Shown: piece after piece, positions 1-12,995 of the stretch
How the letters are laid out: each line of letters begins with the position of its first letter
Numbering within the stretch: the stretch's first letter is position 1
NCBI GenBank assembly: GCA_051362555.1
Contig: CM120641.1
Span: 3,782,001 to 3,846,000, forward strand
DNA length: 64,000 bases
Direction: 5' to 3'
Source of the DNA: Lingula anatina
Taxonomy: Eukaryota > Animalia > Brachiopoda
Translations under genes and position numbers: made by a program
Notes under the pieces: model-generated
What the model was told of the DNA's origin: nothing
The model's database searches: none
What the model saw: only the letters and a program-made list of their open reading frames with translations

Positions 1-2024
1 TGAGTTAGGGTGTGTTCATATAAAACTTTTGTACTAGTTGTTTTTAGAACTAACTCTGTAGGGACACTTGCTGAGTGCAATCGGCTAAACATTATGACAT
101 CTTGTTCCCAACATACTTGTATAATCACCAGCTTTTCAGTATTCAACTTCAGGTGTCATTCAGTTCATCGAGAGTCCCTGCAGAGTTGGGTCAATCCACG
201 TAGACCAGTGGTGTCTATGGGAATTGGGCATAAGTGAAATGGGAAAAGGAATAATAGAGTCATAAATATGTTTTATATATCCCTTTTTTTTGCAAAACAA
301 AATACAAAAAAAAGATACAGTGAGGAAAAGTTTATTCCATATAAAGTCATTTATCATATATCACAATATGGATAGATACACAGTACACTTATATCACACA
401 ATCTAATTGAGCAATGAACAGGTACAGGTGTGAAAGAAAATTATGACACTTGGCATATGCAAAGACTGCTAGCATCTTGAAACCCCTGCACCTAGATTGC
501 AGAACTTATGCAGTAAACAAAATAAGGTAAGCATTGCATTCACAGTCTTGTAAAATTCTAAATTAATTTAATGTTTGCTTTGAAATGATTTTCTGAAAGA
601 GAGAGCAAGCATAAATGGATGAATTTTTCTTTAATTTTCTTTTTCCTCCATAAATAAAACATGCATTTTATAATTCACATTAGTAATACAATGTTACTGA
701 TTTTCTTATCATTCAACTAAAAAATGATCAATATTAAAATTTTGACATTAAAATGTGAGTTTCTAATTTTGATTTTCAGTTTTTAATGTTTAAATTGTGC
801 AGTGCATTCTTTCTATCTACTTATAAGCATATTTAAGCCAGAAGTAACACACACAGTCACAGAACCAAATAAGCAAGGTTATTTTTTCACATGAAGGTCA
901 CCTGAACATTATATTATGCAGACGTAATATACAAAATAAGTTTACAAAATAGAAACCTGGGAACCTCAGCATGACACTTCCAAATACAGAACTGGATATT
1001 TCATCCCACACTGTTAGCTTTGCAGGGGTCATTTTCTTGCAAAATGACTAAAGACTGAAAGTCAAGTGTTATCTTTAAGATAAAAATATTTGGCTGTCTT
1101 TGACCCTGCTTACCTACAACTGCCTTTTGCAGATTGATAGCAGGAGGTTAGTAGAATGAGGAAGTCCATACGAAGATTGAAATATGTTCACTTGACATCT
1201 TAACATATCAAACATAAAATGCGCAGACTTAATTTTTAATAACAATAACAACATCTAAAATTATCGAATCATTTCTATTCAAAATTGTTGTTCAGTTTCT
1301 CTTTTTCTGCAAAGTTGTTATTTAATTCCATAGTTCATGTCTGTTCATAAAGACATTTAGGCACATCTGATAATATTTGTCAAAATTTCAGCTACCAAAA
1401 ATTAGCCTTTATTAAAGAGAAAATTAAAGTTCTGAAGTCCATAGGTGTAAAAGTATTAATACATATTATGCGTTTAGTTAAGGAGCAAATTTGGTATTTT
1501 GAAGTTCATTCCTTTTACTATTTGACATCAAAAGAGTCACTACCCTCTGTTTGAGGAGAGTCCCCACCATGGATGCCATAGAAACATGGGTGGAAGAAAC
1601 GGTATCACATGTTGCTCTTAATCAAGAGATTCTGGGTGGTACTCCCAGTATCTATATAATTAATAATGCCTTCAAACTGCAAAACTGTAGCAAGAGGTCC
1701 ACTGGACTTGCCTCATTTGTGTACAATTTCTGATGGAAGCATCCAGCCTTCATAAATAAAAAGAAGGTCGAGTGGAAAACTTGTTCAAAACATTCCACGA
1801 AAAATGATATTGGTTCAAAAAGATCTATCAATATCACAATTAAGAAATGACGGAAGGTTGAATGGATGACAAACGTGGTGAACCTCCTTTAAGAAGTATT
1901 TATAAATTACTATGAATGCTCTTCCCCTTCACTAAAAAAATTATATGTTGGATAGTACACATATTCCTTTTTTTCTCAACCTGTGTTTGCAGTTTGCTTA
2001 AATATTTTAATACTCTGAACGGTT

Positions 2025-2287
2025 TCAAGGTATAGACTTCTCCTGCTGCCATGCTTGTTCCTGCTCTAACAAAATGGACCTAATTTTTGCCGCTTTCTCT
2101 GCCGCTGCCTGTGCCTCATCTTTTGTTGGAGTGGTGTAACGGAGCTTAGGACTGTCCTTCCTTGGGCTCCTTGGAGTGGCCACCTTGACAGGTGATTTGG
2201 GGATGGGGGGCATCGCTTCACGTGGAGATTCCTTCCTTGGGGATTTTCTTGGAGAATTCTTCACTCGGAAAACAGGGGAAACGACTT
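2025..2287 (-). CDS. TBATA: TBATA-like last coding exon (SPRK-repeat tail to TGA)
   Basis: tttacag acceptor, open frame to TGA at 2025-2027. Confidence 0.75.
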
Positions 2288-5200
2288 CTGTAAATTTAAA
2301 AAAGAGATGTAGTTAAGCATAAGGATAACCCAACTCACTCATTAAAAGGTAATATGCACTATTCAAAAAGCAGAGCAACTGCCAATTCAAGATGTTTTCA
2401 AGATTTAGAGAGAATTTGTAATGGCAACTGGCCCACTGTTAAACAAACACTGCAGCACATCATTATTTTACTGAATCGATGATTATGTCTGTCTGGGGAC
2501 TTCTTCAACTAACCCTGAGTGAATGTTGGCTTCTTAAAATGAGTTTTAACAAAGGGGTAACAATACCAGATCCAGTGCATGTTAACTTCTTCATTGTCTA
2601 ATTTCCACTTGTGCATGAGCTCTTACTAATGACAACTGCCTACAGACATGGAGATTTGAAAATGAAAAAGGCTGGCATGCATCAGATTTGAAGCTCAGGT
2701 TAAATGGAAGTAAATCTTTACCTTCGCCTCCTTTCTGGTTGATCTCTGGAAGAAATGCAGGTGCTTTCTTGGCCTCCCTCTCTGGTGTCCATGAATACCG
2801 AGCTGTCCAGTTCCTGTCCTGGCTACCTGCAGCATCAATGTCCCCTGCTAGACTATGCTCCTCCACAGGTTTGTCACCTTCTAGATTAAGTCTGGAAGAA
2901 AAAGATGCAAACTTGTGAATCTATCTCTTTTTGATGTCAGATACATCTTGAATTCAAATGCATGATTTTATATTCCATAAAGTGTTTGTTCATGTATTAT
3001 ACTGCCAACATCATCTTATAACACACATTTTGATATATCCTGCTTTCTTTGTCCTCCCTCCCTCCTAAGTTCTTTAATATGGGAAAAATGGGAAAAACAA
3101 CTTTCCACACCCACAAATCTCCATCCAGTTTCTTTAACTCACCTATTAATAATTTGAGCTGATCCTTCTAATGAGGCTCCAGTCTGTGTGGCCTCGGTGA
3201 TTCCCAACATGGCCGTCTGTACCCTCTCCGCGGAGGCTGTGGCAATTCTGTCCATGGCTGTTCCCACTCTGCTAGGCTCTACGTACTCCTGGGGATTGCC
3301 TGCTTTGTTGTAGTACTCTTCCCGCGATGTGATAGCAGCTCTTATCATATCTAACACCAAGGCTTTTTCTGTGGAAGAACAGAGAGTCATAAGATTTAGT
3401 GTTAAAAAGAGAAAAGGAGCTATTTTCAAATTCATGTTTTTTAAAAGTTAAAAAATTGTCTAAATAAGGAAATGGATACTTGATTCTGGGAGACCGTAGA
3501 CTTGAAATGGAATAAAATAGGGCAAATCTTTAACCCTGTGTTACAGCAGCTAAACTACATGCAGTGTGCATCATTGCGTCATTAAGACATTATCCCAACT
3601 GACTGGCAAACAGTATGTGCGTGTGCGTGTCTGGAGATACAACATGAGGATTCTACTTAAATAACAACATTGTGATATACTGAATGGTCCATGTATGTCT
3701 GTGGGGTTTTGGGAATATAAATCATATATTTCCAATGTTTTTACCTTCAATAAATAATTTTCAATAAATAAGTAAATAGATGTACCTCTTTCTCCTGAAG
3801 AAACCAGCCATGCTTGTACAGCATTGGGATCATCAGTCTGCAAAATCTGAGCCAACATTTGGAATACCTGGGAAAGAGAGGAGAAAAAACCTTTAAGTAC
3901 ACTGCAGGATGTTCTTCTCCCTCCTTGATACTCTTCCCATCTGTTCTTACCAATCAGTTATTCTTTAACATGCACAGGCCCATAGCCAGCAATTTCAAAT
4001 GGGGGGTTCGTTTTCTGAAAAAGTGGACCTTTTACCATAAAACCTTGTGCCTAGATCAAATTTTATCCAAAGTGGACCTTTTCCCAGCAAAAAGGGCGGT
4101 TCTTTCAAAGCCCCCCGAACCCCCCCTGGCTACGGGCCTGATGCACCTGCCCTTTATCTTTCACTCACTATATGACAAACCCCAACTTTTAAGATTACTG
4201 TTATACACTTTTGGATGTAATGTGGTTTTGAACAGAAGTAGCTTATTATTCGAAGACTCAAGCGCTGAGTATTGACACGTTCTTCAACTATTTCAGGCAA
4301 TAGGAAGTGACTCCCATTAAACTAATATTTCCACAACCATAAAACAAAGCAATATGCCCTATTAATTAATATCTTTAGCTAATGCTAAAATCTGTCAATA
4401 ATCAAACCCAAGATTCAGTTAGGAACAGTGTGAATAAAAATAGTTATTTTGGTTGTTTAAGTTTTAAAATTAAATAGAAAAAGTTGGGTCATCACACATT
4501 ATTCTATAGCATGTAAATTTGAATCACAGATATGATTATGACACAAACAAACCATCAATCATGAATATTTTCACGATTGTCATTTTAATTTTCAAAAAGT
4601 TTTTGAAAAGCATTCTAAACTTGTTCAAAGTATTTTTTCCCATTTGGAATCAATAAAAAGCTGCTGCCTTGATACAACCCTAATCCCAAGTTCCCAAGGT
4701 ATATATGTTCAAATGCTGTAGATGTTATTAAATATTAGTTGTTCAGCTATGCTTCTACGTGTGGTCTTATGTCAATTTATTTTCCATTATAACACTGTTC
4801 ATCTGTACCGTGAATCAATAAGAGTAAACATGGAGAGTTTGCACACTGTTGCCATTTTGTGCTTGAAATCACTTTGTCATCTATTTGAATGAGTGATTTG
4901 ACTACTGCTGGCTTAATGTGTTTTATCACAGGCCCAGTTCACAATATTCTTTGGAATTAATTGTGAGCCCGCTAATCAAACATGCCATGTTAACAATAAA
5001 AAGTATAATAGAAACCAGAATTTATTTGGCATGATATTGCAGGGGGTATTTTGTTTTATTCTATGTTGATGGATTCTAGGAGAGTTTAACAGGCAATTGA
5101 ATTTCTTTAAAACTTTAAACTTGAATATCTACACAAAGTGCTTCCAACTCATTTGGCTTATTTTTTTTCTAGAAAATTAGTTTTGAAAATACTTTTGTAA

Positions 5201-5507
5201 ACCAACATAATACCAGTTTTTTTCTCATTTGAATTTTTATTAACTTAACTCAAACCTTATGGACTGTTCACATGAATTTTGTCGATCCAGCTAATGCACA
5301 CCGACACTCCTCCTGGTGTTGAGTAGAACATAGAAAAGCTGGTGATTATATGACTCCATTGGAAACAAGAGGTGTGTTAGTGGGTTCATCTGATTGCATT
5401 CAGCAAGAGTCCCTGTAGAGTGCATATTATCTATATCGACAAAATTAATTGTGAACGGTCCCTTAGACTTTCAACAACAATTCAAGATTTTAAATTAAAA
5501 CTAGAAT

Positions 5508-5573
<66 letters not shown>

Positions 5574-8500
5574 TTATTCAATTCACTGTGACTTACCATA
5601 GTTTCCATGTCTGGTTCAGGTGCAATATGTTCATACTGACTGAAGAATTGCTGCCTCTTGTTCTGTCTTGAGCCTTGTCTTGTCATTGCACGGGATGGGG
5701 GAGGGATAAGACGACCGGTTTCACTGGAGTACTGTGTCTTGGGTCGTGTCATCTCTTCCACTTTCTTCTCCTCTGGTTTCAGCCTCCTGTCCTCTGATGG
5801 GTTATACTGGGCTAATTCCGTCAGCATCTTAAGCTCGTCCCTCCAAGCTTCCGTCTGGGGTACTAAAACCAAATTTTATGTCGTATCTCTTTAACATGTT
5901 TTTACTATTAAGATACATCATTTGATGTGCTATTAATCAAAATTTAAAAAAAGAAAGAAAGAAAGAAAGGATGATTTGTTTAACAATAACAAAATCAAAT
6001 TTTAAGAATATTTATTGCAGGCAATCAATCAATCAATGAAATAAGTTGAATCAAAAATAATTTTAAAAAAAGCTGTGTACAGGTTAATGAAGAGGAGTGC
6101 TCTTCTTCATCCATATTTACATGCCTCTATAAAGATAAAAATCAGACATAAAAAAAGAAATAGCTTTGAAATAATGGTGACATATATCATACCACTACAA
6201 TCATTATATGAAAAAAAATATGGACTTTGGTTTTAAACAAGCATAAGGACTTCCATTTCAAAGTTTGCATTTATGATTGGATTTCCAACAAACAAAGCAA
6301 AAGTGTCAGATTACAAGTATCAAAGTATTCTCAAACAATTATCACACCTGTTCATGGCTCTAATTGAAATAATCAAAACAGTGTTCTCTTTGAAAACAAT
6401 GTTTATGTAATATTATGTGACTTCACTACATTTGGTATCAAATTTACAATGATTGTTCTCAATGAAAGAATAATCTCTATTCCAAAAATATTATTTCTTT
6501 ATTTTAGGGTTAGCCAAGTTAAAATTCAGCATTTGATTCAATGAGGCACACACATATGGTTTCATGTTGCTTTTAACCTGCCAACAAACAAATCAGTTTG
6601 TTTATTTGATCTCAATTCCTTCAATCAAATAGCCAGTGCCCTTACAATAATTATGCTTCATTTACTCTTATTCATTTCAGGTGGACATCGTATAAGTGCA
6701 TAGAATATATTTCAAACCTCTTTTGAAGATGAAAAGTTACTATGGCCTCATAATATTTGACAATCATAGCAAGGTTTTGTTGTGTATTCTTCTTAAAGAT
6801 GTAACAACAATAATTAGTCAGCTTGAGATAACATTTTCTCAAAACTGCTTTCATGGCTGAAATTTATATCTAAAGTTCAGTCATGATTTTTTTTCACTTA
6901 TTCTAGCTTCAAGCCAAAAGGCCCATCAACTGCCTCTTACCCCCACATACTTTATACAATAACCTTCAAATGGAGTAATAAAAAAAAAAAATTATCAAAT
7001 AATATAAAACTTACCCATTCCTACTTTTGGGACAGCCTTTTCTCTAAAGGGGTAACTGTTTAGCCCAGTAAAGTGTTGGAGGCCTGTGATGGTGTTGATA
7101 GGGTGAAGAGTTGAGTTCACGTTAATTGCATTCACTGGGAGAGTCACCCCTAGGCCTCGCTGCATGCTCTTTGCATCATTGTAAGAGTTGGGTGAATTGT
7201 AGAAGAGAGAATATCTGGGGCTGGCAAAGAAACCATCATCATTCACTGAACAGATTGGCATATCTAGTAAACCTGTAAAAAAAATGACATTCATATGTAC
7301 ATTAAAATGAAAGAAAACCTTTGACCACGTGAATTTTATTATGCAATTAACCCCCCACCCCCCTCAAAAAAAAAAAAAAAAAAATTCAAATTACAGATGA
7401 AAAAAATGGAAATAACTTGTCATGGACATAGTTACTCTTTGGGAATATAAAAAGAAGCAATTCTCTTTTTGGTGAAGGACTTAGGCTTACTGACAAATTT
7501 CCTTTATTATCCCCAATTTGATTCCTTACAATTTTTTTTTTGTCACATACAATAATCAAGTTTAAAAATCAGCTCATTCATTTTTTAAACACAATCAGAG
7601 TGTATCACACAAAAGGTCTGAGGTTAGGTGTGGCTTGGGCAGCTCGTTGCTAAGCAGATAGCCTCCATAGAGACCGGATCAAATGACACATTAAGCCTCA
7701 CGTGTTTTCTAAGAGATTTGCCTTTCTATAACTTATTAAGTTTGTAAGATAAAATGCCTGGGTTTGAATTCTATTCCATTTTCACATTTAAGTTCTTCTC
7801 ATAAAAAACTGCCCCTCAGCCCTTATTTATGAGAAATCACTTTAGAGTTGCTATTTACTTCTTTTAACATAAGTGTTCTCTGTTGAAGGGCTAATGCTTC
7901 CTTTTGTTGGGGAAATATTATTACTGTATTAATAAGGAGAATCTCAAGGGTCTAAAAGCACAGGTGAAACGGTCAGAGGTATTATTTACACTTAAAGCAG
8001 GTGCTTATTGTGCAGGTACAAAGGACAACTGCCCATTTAGCCCACTACATATTTTTCTTACATTAATCTAAAGGATAAATAGACTGGCTGCTCCTGTGTA
8101 CATAGTCTTATATTGAATCAATGAATTATTTACCATACTTTCTTTCTAATGCTCTTCAAGAAGTGTCATAATTAAAAGCCCCTGTTACATCACAAATGTC
8201 GGTCCATGTCACAAGGATCAGGAATAGTAAATAGAATGTTGATTTTGCAGAATTCAACCAAATAGAAATTGTTATTTTAGTCAGGACTTAGAAGTTTCTA
8301 TTTACCCGTTTGTCACCCAAGTTAAAATTACTCAGCTACTTGAGATGTTTGGCGAGGCCTCCGCAAACAGCGTCAAATTTATCTCAAAGTGCAGCGTGTA
8401 AAATGCTTGGAGGTAAAGCACATATTTGATTATCTTACATCTTTCAATCGTCAAGGCAACAGTTACTTTTCTCAACAGAAGGCACCTTATAGATTATCAT

Positions 8501-9203
8501 AATAAGGGATATTAAGGCTATAAGGCTAATACTTCATGATTTGGAATAAATCAAATCTGATAAACAAATATATGTCTCCCAATTGAACTTAGAATGGAAT
8601 TAGGATAAGATTTCTTTGCTAAACAACAGCATGACAACAACAGAATTTGTCTGGCTGACTTTATAAAATCTTAAGTGAAGGAATTGCAAGGTCAATTTGT
8701 TTACATTTATAATTTGGCCTATTAGGCTAAACTGAGAAATTGCTTTGAACTGGTTATAACATTTAAATAAGTGTAGTTTTCTGATCATGAATAATTACTC
8801 TGCTAAAAACAAGCATTCACGTTTCCATGGTCTACGTCAACTCAAACATTAAGTACTAATTACGCACTAAAATTATGACTCATTGAATATTTAGATGAAA
8901 AATAAAACTAAACAACCTACAGAAAAAATTAGTTCTCTTAATAAGTAATTCAGAATATAGTCCCAACAGATAAAGGCAACAGCTAGGCTTAAGTGTCTCA
9001 CCTTTCAAGTGTCTCACTCGCCGCGGGTGTGGATTATGTCTGGTGAAGAAAGAATTATGGCTGAGCTGGCCAAAGCGATAGCCGCTCTGGGTGGCTGGAC
9101 GTTTATGCTGCTTGTCTGCATGCTGAAATGCTCCTTCTTGTTGTGTTTTTGGACGCACATGCAATGGCGTATTTGAAGGTCGAAAGACCTCAGTTGTAGC
9201 CAT
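2025..9203 (-). CDS. TBATA: TBATA/SPATIAL-like protein, 7 coding exons, ~488 aa
   Basis: join(9203-9002,7272-7015,5862-5597,3867-3786,3368-3143,2891-2722,2287-2025) = 1467 nt, all GT-AG and phase-consistent. Motifs RFGQLSHNSFFTRHNPHPRRVRHLKG, YSSETGRLIPPPSRA and LAQILQTDDPNAVQAWLV recalled from the TBATA/SPATIAL family. Confidence 0.8.
2722..2891 (-). CDS. TBATA: TBATA-like coding exon 6 (RLNLEGDKP...KGGE)
   Basis: ttcttccag acceptor, GAAG|gtaaa donor, phase 2-1. Confidence 0.75.
3143..3368 (-). CDS. TBATA: TBATA-like coding exon 5 (EKALVLDMIRAA...QIIN)
   Basis: ttccacag acceptor, ATAG|gtgag donor, phase 1-2. Confidence 0.8.
3786..3867 (-). CDS. TBATA: TBATA-like coding exon 4 (VFQMLAQILQTD...SGER)
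   Basis: tttcccag acceptor, AGAG|gtaca donor; LxQILQTD..VQxWL motif. Confidence 0.85.
3975..4140. mobile_element. 166-bp MITE (CAGGCCC(A/G)TAGCCAG termini)
   Basis: 15-bp TIR matching at 14/15, flanked by direct repeat ATGCA (3970-3974 / 4141-4145). Confidence 0.8.
5260..5462. mobile_element. PIF/Harbinger (Tourist-like) MITE, ~203 bp
   Basis: Imperfect ~27-bp TIR ggactgttcacatgaattttgtcgat / atcgacaaaattaattgtgaacggtcc, with TTA on both flanks. Confidence 0.7.
5510..5569. repeat. (TA)n microsatellite
   Basis: About 30 TA units. Confidence 0.98.
5597..5862 (-). CDS. TBATA: TBATA-like coding exon 3 (VPQTEAWRDEL...DMETM)
   Basis: ttttag acceptor, ATG|gtaagt donor; YSSETGRLIPP motif. Confidence 0.85.
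7015..7272 (-). CDS. TBATA: TBATA-like coding exon 2 (GLLDMPICSVNDDG...KVGM)
   Basis: tttacag acceptor, ATGG|gtaag donor, phase 1-1. Confidence 0.85.
9002..9203 (-). CDS. TBATA: TBATA-like coding exon 1 (MATTEVFRP...RVRHLK)
   Basis: Acceptor ttattcag|C ATG; donor AAAG|gtgag; contains HNSFFTRHNPHP. Confidence 0.85.
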
Positions 9204-9319
9204 GCTGAATAAAATGTAAAAAGAGGTATTCATAAATCAAAACTGACAGTATTAAAAAAATGTATTGACTGTACTGTAAATAGTTTACATTCAAAACATT
9301 GATAATAATTTATCTCTAA

Positions 9320-9570
9320 GGGAGCATTCAGATAAACCCATCATACTAGCTGGATCGATCCAACTGTGCAGGGATTTTCAGCTTAACTGTCTGACTCACC
9401 TTCTCAACCAGCAAGGGGCTTATTAACTATCATGTGTGGAAGCTCTCTCACTTGCGGAGACATGTCAGACAATTAAGCTGATTACACTGAGTGTACATGT
9501 ACATTAGTGAGAATTCCCCCGCAGAGTTGGATCAATACAGCTAGTATGATGGGTTTATCTGAATGTGGTC
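9320..9570. mobile_element. Foldback MITE, PIF/Harbinger-like, 251 bp
   Basis: ~45-bp TIR (cattcagataaacccatcatactagctg... / ...cagctagtatgatgggtttatctgaatg), an inner inverted repeat (cagcttaactgtctgac / gtcagacaattaagctg), and TAA on both flanks. Confidence 0.8.
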
Positions 9571-11914
9571 TAATATTAATACAAATCTGGTATTTGTAAC
9601 AAACAGCAATCAATTGCTATTTTTTTTCTTTCAGCCAATTGAAATTAAATTTACCTGCTTATATGAACCTAGATATCAAAAATGTCCAAATTGCCAGACA
9701 TATCAGCATTATTGCACTATTTTATCATTTATAAAAAAGTAAGCGATTGTAAATTTGTTAATTAACACAATACTATGCAGAAAATTTACCCTAAAATGTG
9801 TATTTTAATGTGTATTTAGTTCTATTCATGCCTTTTCCTGTTGCTAATTCATATATATCATCATATATATCCAGGGCCATATACAAACACATTTAATTGT
9901 TATCTTTGAATTTTCACCAGGGATAACAACCATACAAAATCACTCATTCATAATTCATTGAATCCAGGAAAGTTTCTCTTGTAAGTGTGAATTGACAAAT
10001 CAGTGTTAAAAGCTTCTATTGTTATGAGCAATGAAAAAAGCTAAGGTCCCATCAATAGAAATTGATTTTTATGGCTTAATTCTCCCATTGGTGTTCATAA
10101 GCACGTCTTATAGCTGTGACTAAATAATAAGGCGGCAAACTGAAACAAAACTTGAACGATCAATTTTGGGCACTTGTTTGCTGTGAGCAAACGTATAGGA
10201 AAAAATGGTAGCAGATATATTGTGCATCATGCTCTGCTGACAGTATCTATGGAATGTCAACAAGGTAGACAAACAGACGCAATAATATTGATGGTAATTT
10301 ATTACCTTGTTCCTCTTTTTCATTGATAAGTTTTCTATTTGACTGCTTTCACTAGCAGTTTGTTAATGATTCAATCACATGTTGGTTATGAGTGGAAGAC
10401 CTTAAGTTTTGGAATACTGACTGAAATTTTCCTCTTAATTGGAAACTACATGAAGAGGCTGGTTAAGAAGATTATTCTTCACTAGGTCTGAATCTCGTGG
10501 TGAGCAGGAGAGACATGCAGGCACACATGAACGTATGCACACACTTATCTGTTTAAGTTTACTGTAAAGGTAAAACAAGAGAATTTAAAGCATGAAATTA
10601 CATTTTTAAAATTTATAAGATAAATATGACAAAAATAGTTTCAAACCTTTGAGCATTTGCAAGACACCACTGATATAGGACATTACGTATCAAACCCTAT
10701 ATGTTCAGAGACGGCAAAGAATTTAGGTAGGATCTTGGGCAAATTTAGACCAATTTGAAAATTTGAAAAAAAACTTCTTTTTTTTGGATGGACAGAAAAT
10801 GTGAAGTTGACACTACACAAATGTTTTACACACATGATAAAGCACACATCTTTAAGCTTCTGCCTAATAATCTCTGTGCTTCATCATCAACAACTGTTAC
10901 ATAAATGATGTTATTAAGTTGATAAATATGTGATACCATATTCTCAACAAAGATAAAGCACCATATTGCGTGGTAGGGCTAGGATAACTTATCATAAATA
11001 TATAAAGTAAAGGTAAGGGATATATAGTGACAGCTCCTTGGTGATAAATTATACCCTCTTTGAAAGATCTGTGAGATGTACATATACAAGGAGTTTTTAA
11101 AACAGAGAGAAACACTGTGAAAGTATTAAATCAGACGTACACCTATGTTAATTAATGTCAACCCCATTAAATATAAAAATCATTTTTTAATCATTACAAT
11201 AAACAAATTTGCTTTTGAGCTTTCATTAAGTAAGTTTTAGAGGCAGATGGTTGAAGCAAAAAAAAAAAATTACACAAGTATGTTTTCAATTTAAGATACC
11301 AGCTGTGAAAAAATGTGATAGTCATTAAAAGGCATTTGAAACTATTCAAATATATGGACCGTAGTCAAGTAATGAGTCTGAAAAATGATTAAAGGATCTC
11401 GACCATTTTAGGGAACAGTATAATATCTGCATTAAAGTATTTTTTAACAAATTTGGGAATCAATTTCAAAGTTATTTTATAGTTTTCTTCTTAGGCCCAA
11501 GCTTAACTGTCTTAACAGTTACTAAGATATGAGGATGTAAGCTCAAATAATTGAGAAACTATTAGCTTCTTCATGTACAATCTATATAGAAATTTACAGC
11601 AAGCATACCGGTGCTATATACCTCACGGACCATTTTAAAAATCAAATTGCTTTGGTGATATACTCTAAATTAAAATTATACACATTTTATAAACTTTTGA
11701 TACCTAAAATTGTTTCTAATTTTCATTTTGATTGCGCGGTTTGCTCTCGGTTTATTATCGTGTACTAAGGGCAAACGTACAAATATTGACGCGGGAGACT
11801 TTCAATGCTACTGTATTTACTCGATCTCTGTAACACTTTCCGATTTAGCTCTTAATCAAGCCCTTGGTGAATAAGTTATATCTTCATTAAAAAGACTGAA
11901 AATGACATACATAC

Positions 11915-12110
11915 CTCTAGGTTGATAACGCCTAGCTATCTGCTGTCCAACTGATTCAATGACTGCCACCACCAAGGCGAAATTCACTGAAACCTCACGT
12001 CCCTAATGTAAGGCCCATTAGCAACAGGAACCTACAGTATGTTTGTGTATGGCACTGGGACCTTACAATGAACGGCCTCGCTTCAGAGTCGCTTAGTTAC
12101 CAGCGACGCA
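11915..12110 (-). promoter_or_regulatory. Putative TBATA promoter and non-coding first exon with RFX X-box-like motifs
   Basis: Donor TAGAG|gtatgt at 11915, CpG-richer patch, TAGCAAC at 12019-12025 and gtcgcttagttaccagcgac at 12088-12107. The ATG exon starts with an acceptor, so an upstream exon is required. Confidence 0.5.
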
Positions 12111-12907
12111 GTGGTAAAGGGGCACCCACTGGATAAAAATAGCATACAAAACTGACAAAAGAAATAAAATCGATGAAAAGAGAACTTTATAATGCCGCCC
12201 TGAACTTTGATTCAGGACTGGCCAATCACATGGAGTCAACGAGGACAAGTTTCTCCTGTCTTAATGCTTTTCGTTGAAACAGATTTTTTGACAGACTTAG
12301 TGGTGTCATATTACAATATAAAAGATGAAAACAGACGTCAGTTTTTCTACCCAAGGGTGTTCACAAAATATGCTGACCCATTTCTTCAGTGACGCTTAAT
12401 AATGCGATATTTGTTACTCTGGATAGCACAAATAGCGATACCAAGAGCTACATGCGTCTACAGACGTCCCTTTTTAAGTGTACAACAAATGAAACGAATG
12501 AAATACGATGATGAAATAATATATTTTCAAAAATATTTTCTGGCTGTTTTTATCGGGATATTTCCTGCAAAAAGCATATCTACATTATTTTGACGATCAT
12601 TAATGATGAAGTCATAGTATGCTCACTTGCTCCAGCAGTTGTTTTATGGAATCATCACAGTTTTTCTGTTTTTAGCGTAAAAGTTATGACGCACATGTTG
12701 TGAACTTGCAGAGAGCGCGTTCTTTGGTTTTGTGTCTTTTATATGGAAAATGGCTCCTACGGCAAGCTGTGAAAGTTTTATAAACTTTTTACGCCAATTA
12801 CAAAAATTATTCTTACGTGAAATCTGCTCAAAAATACCCTTTAATTTCGCTGATCTTTAATTAAAAAAAAAAAAAAAAAAAAGTGGCACAACAGCCCTAA
12901 TGAAAAA

Positions 12908-12995
12908 GTCCTATGGGATCCTATAGGAAATTGGGCTTAATTCTTATGCGATTCTATAGGATCTTATAGGTTCCTATAAGACTTATTCGTAAGGG
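12908..12995. mobile_element. Probable DNA-transposon end fragment with repeated CCTATAGG-like subterminal palindromes
   Basis: About 6 degenerate cctatagg units ending in ...cgtaaggg; no partner end found. Confidence 0.4.

Noticed and set aside
3814-4275. 153-aa plus-strand ORF
   Set aside because: It lies antisense to a TBATA exon, runs through a MITE and has no recognisable motif.
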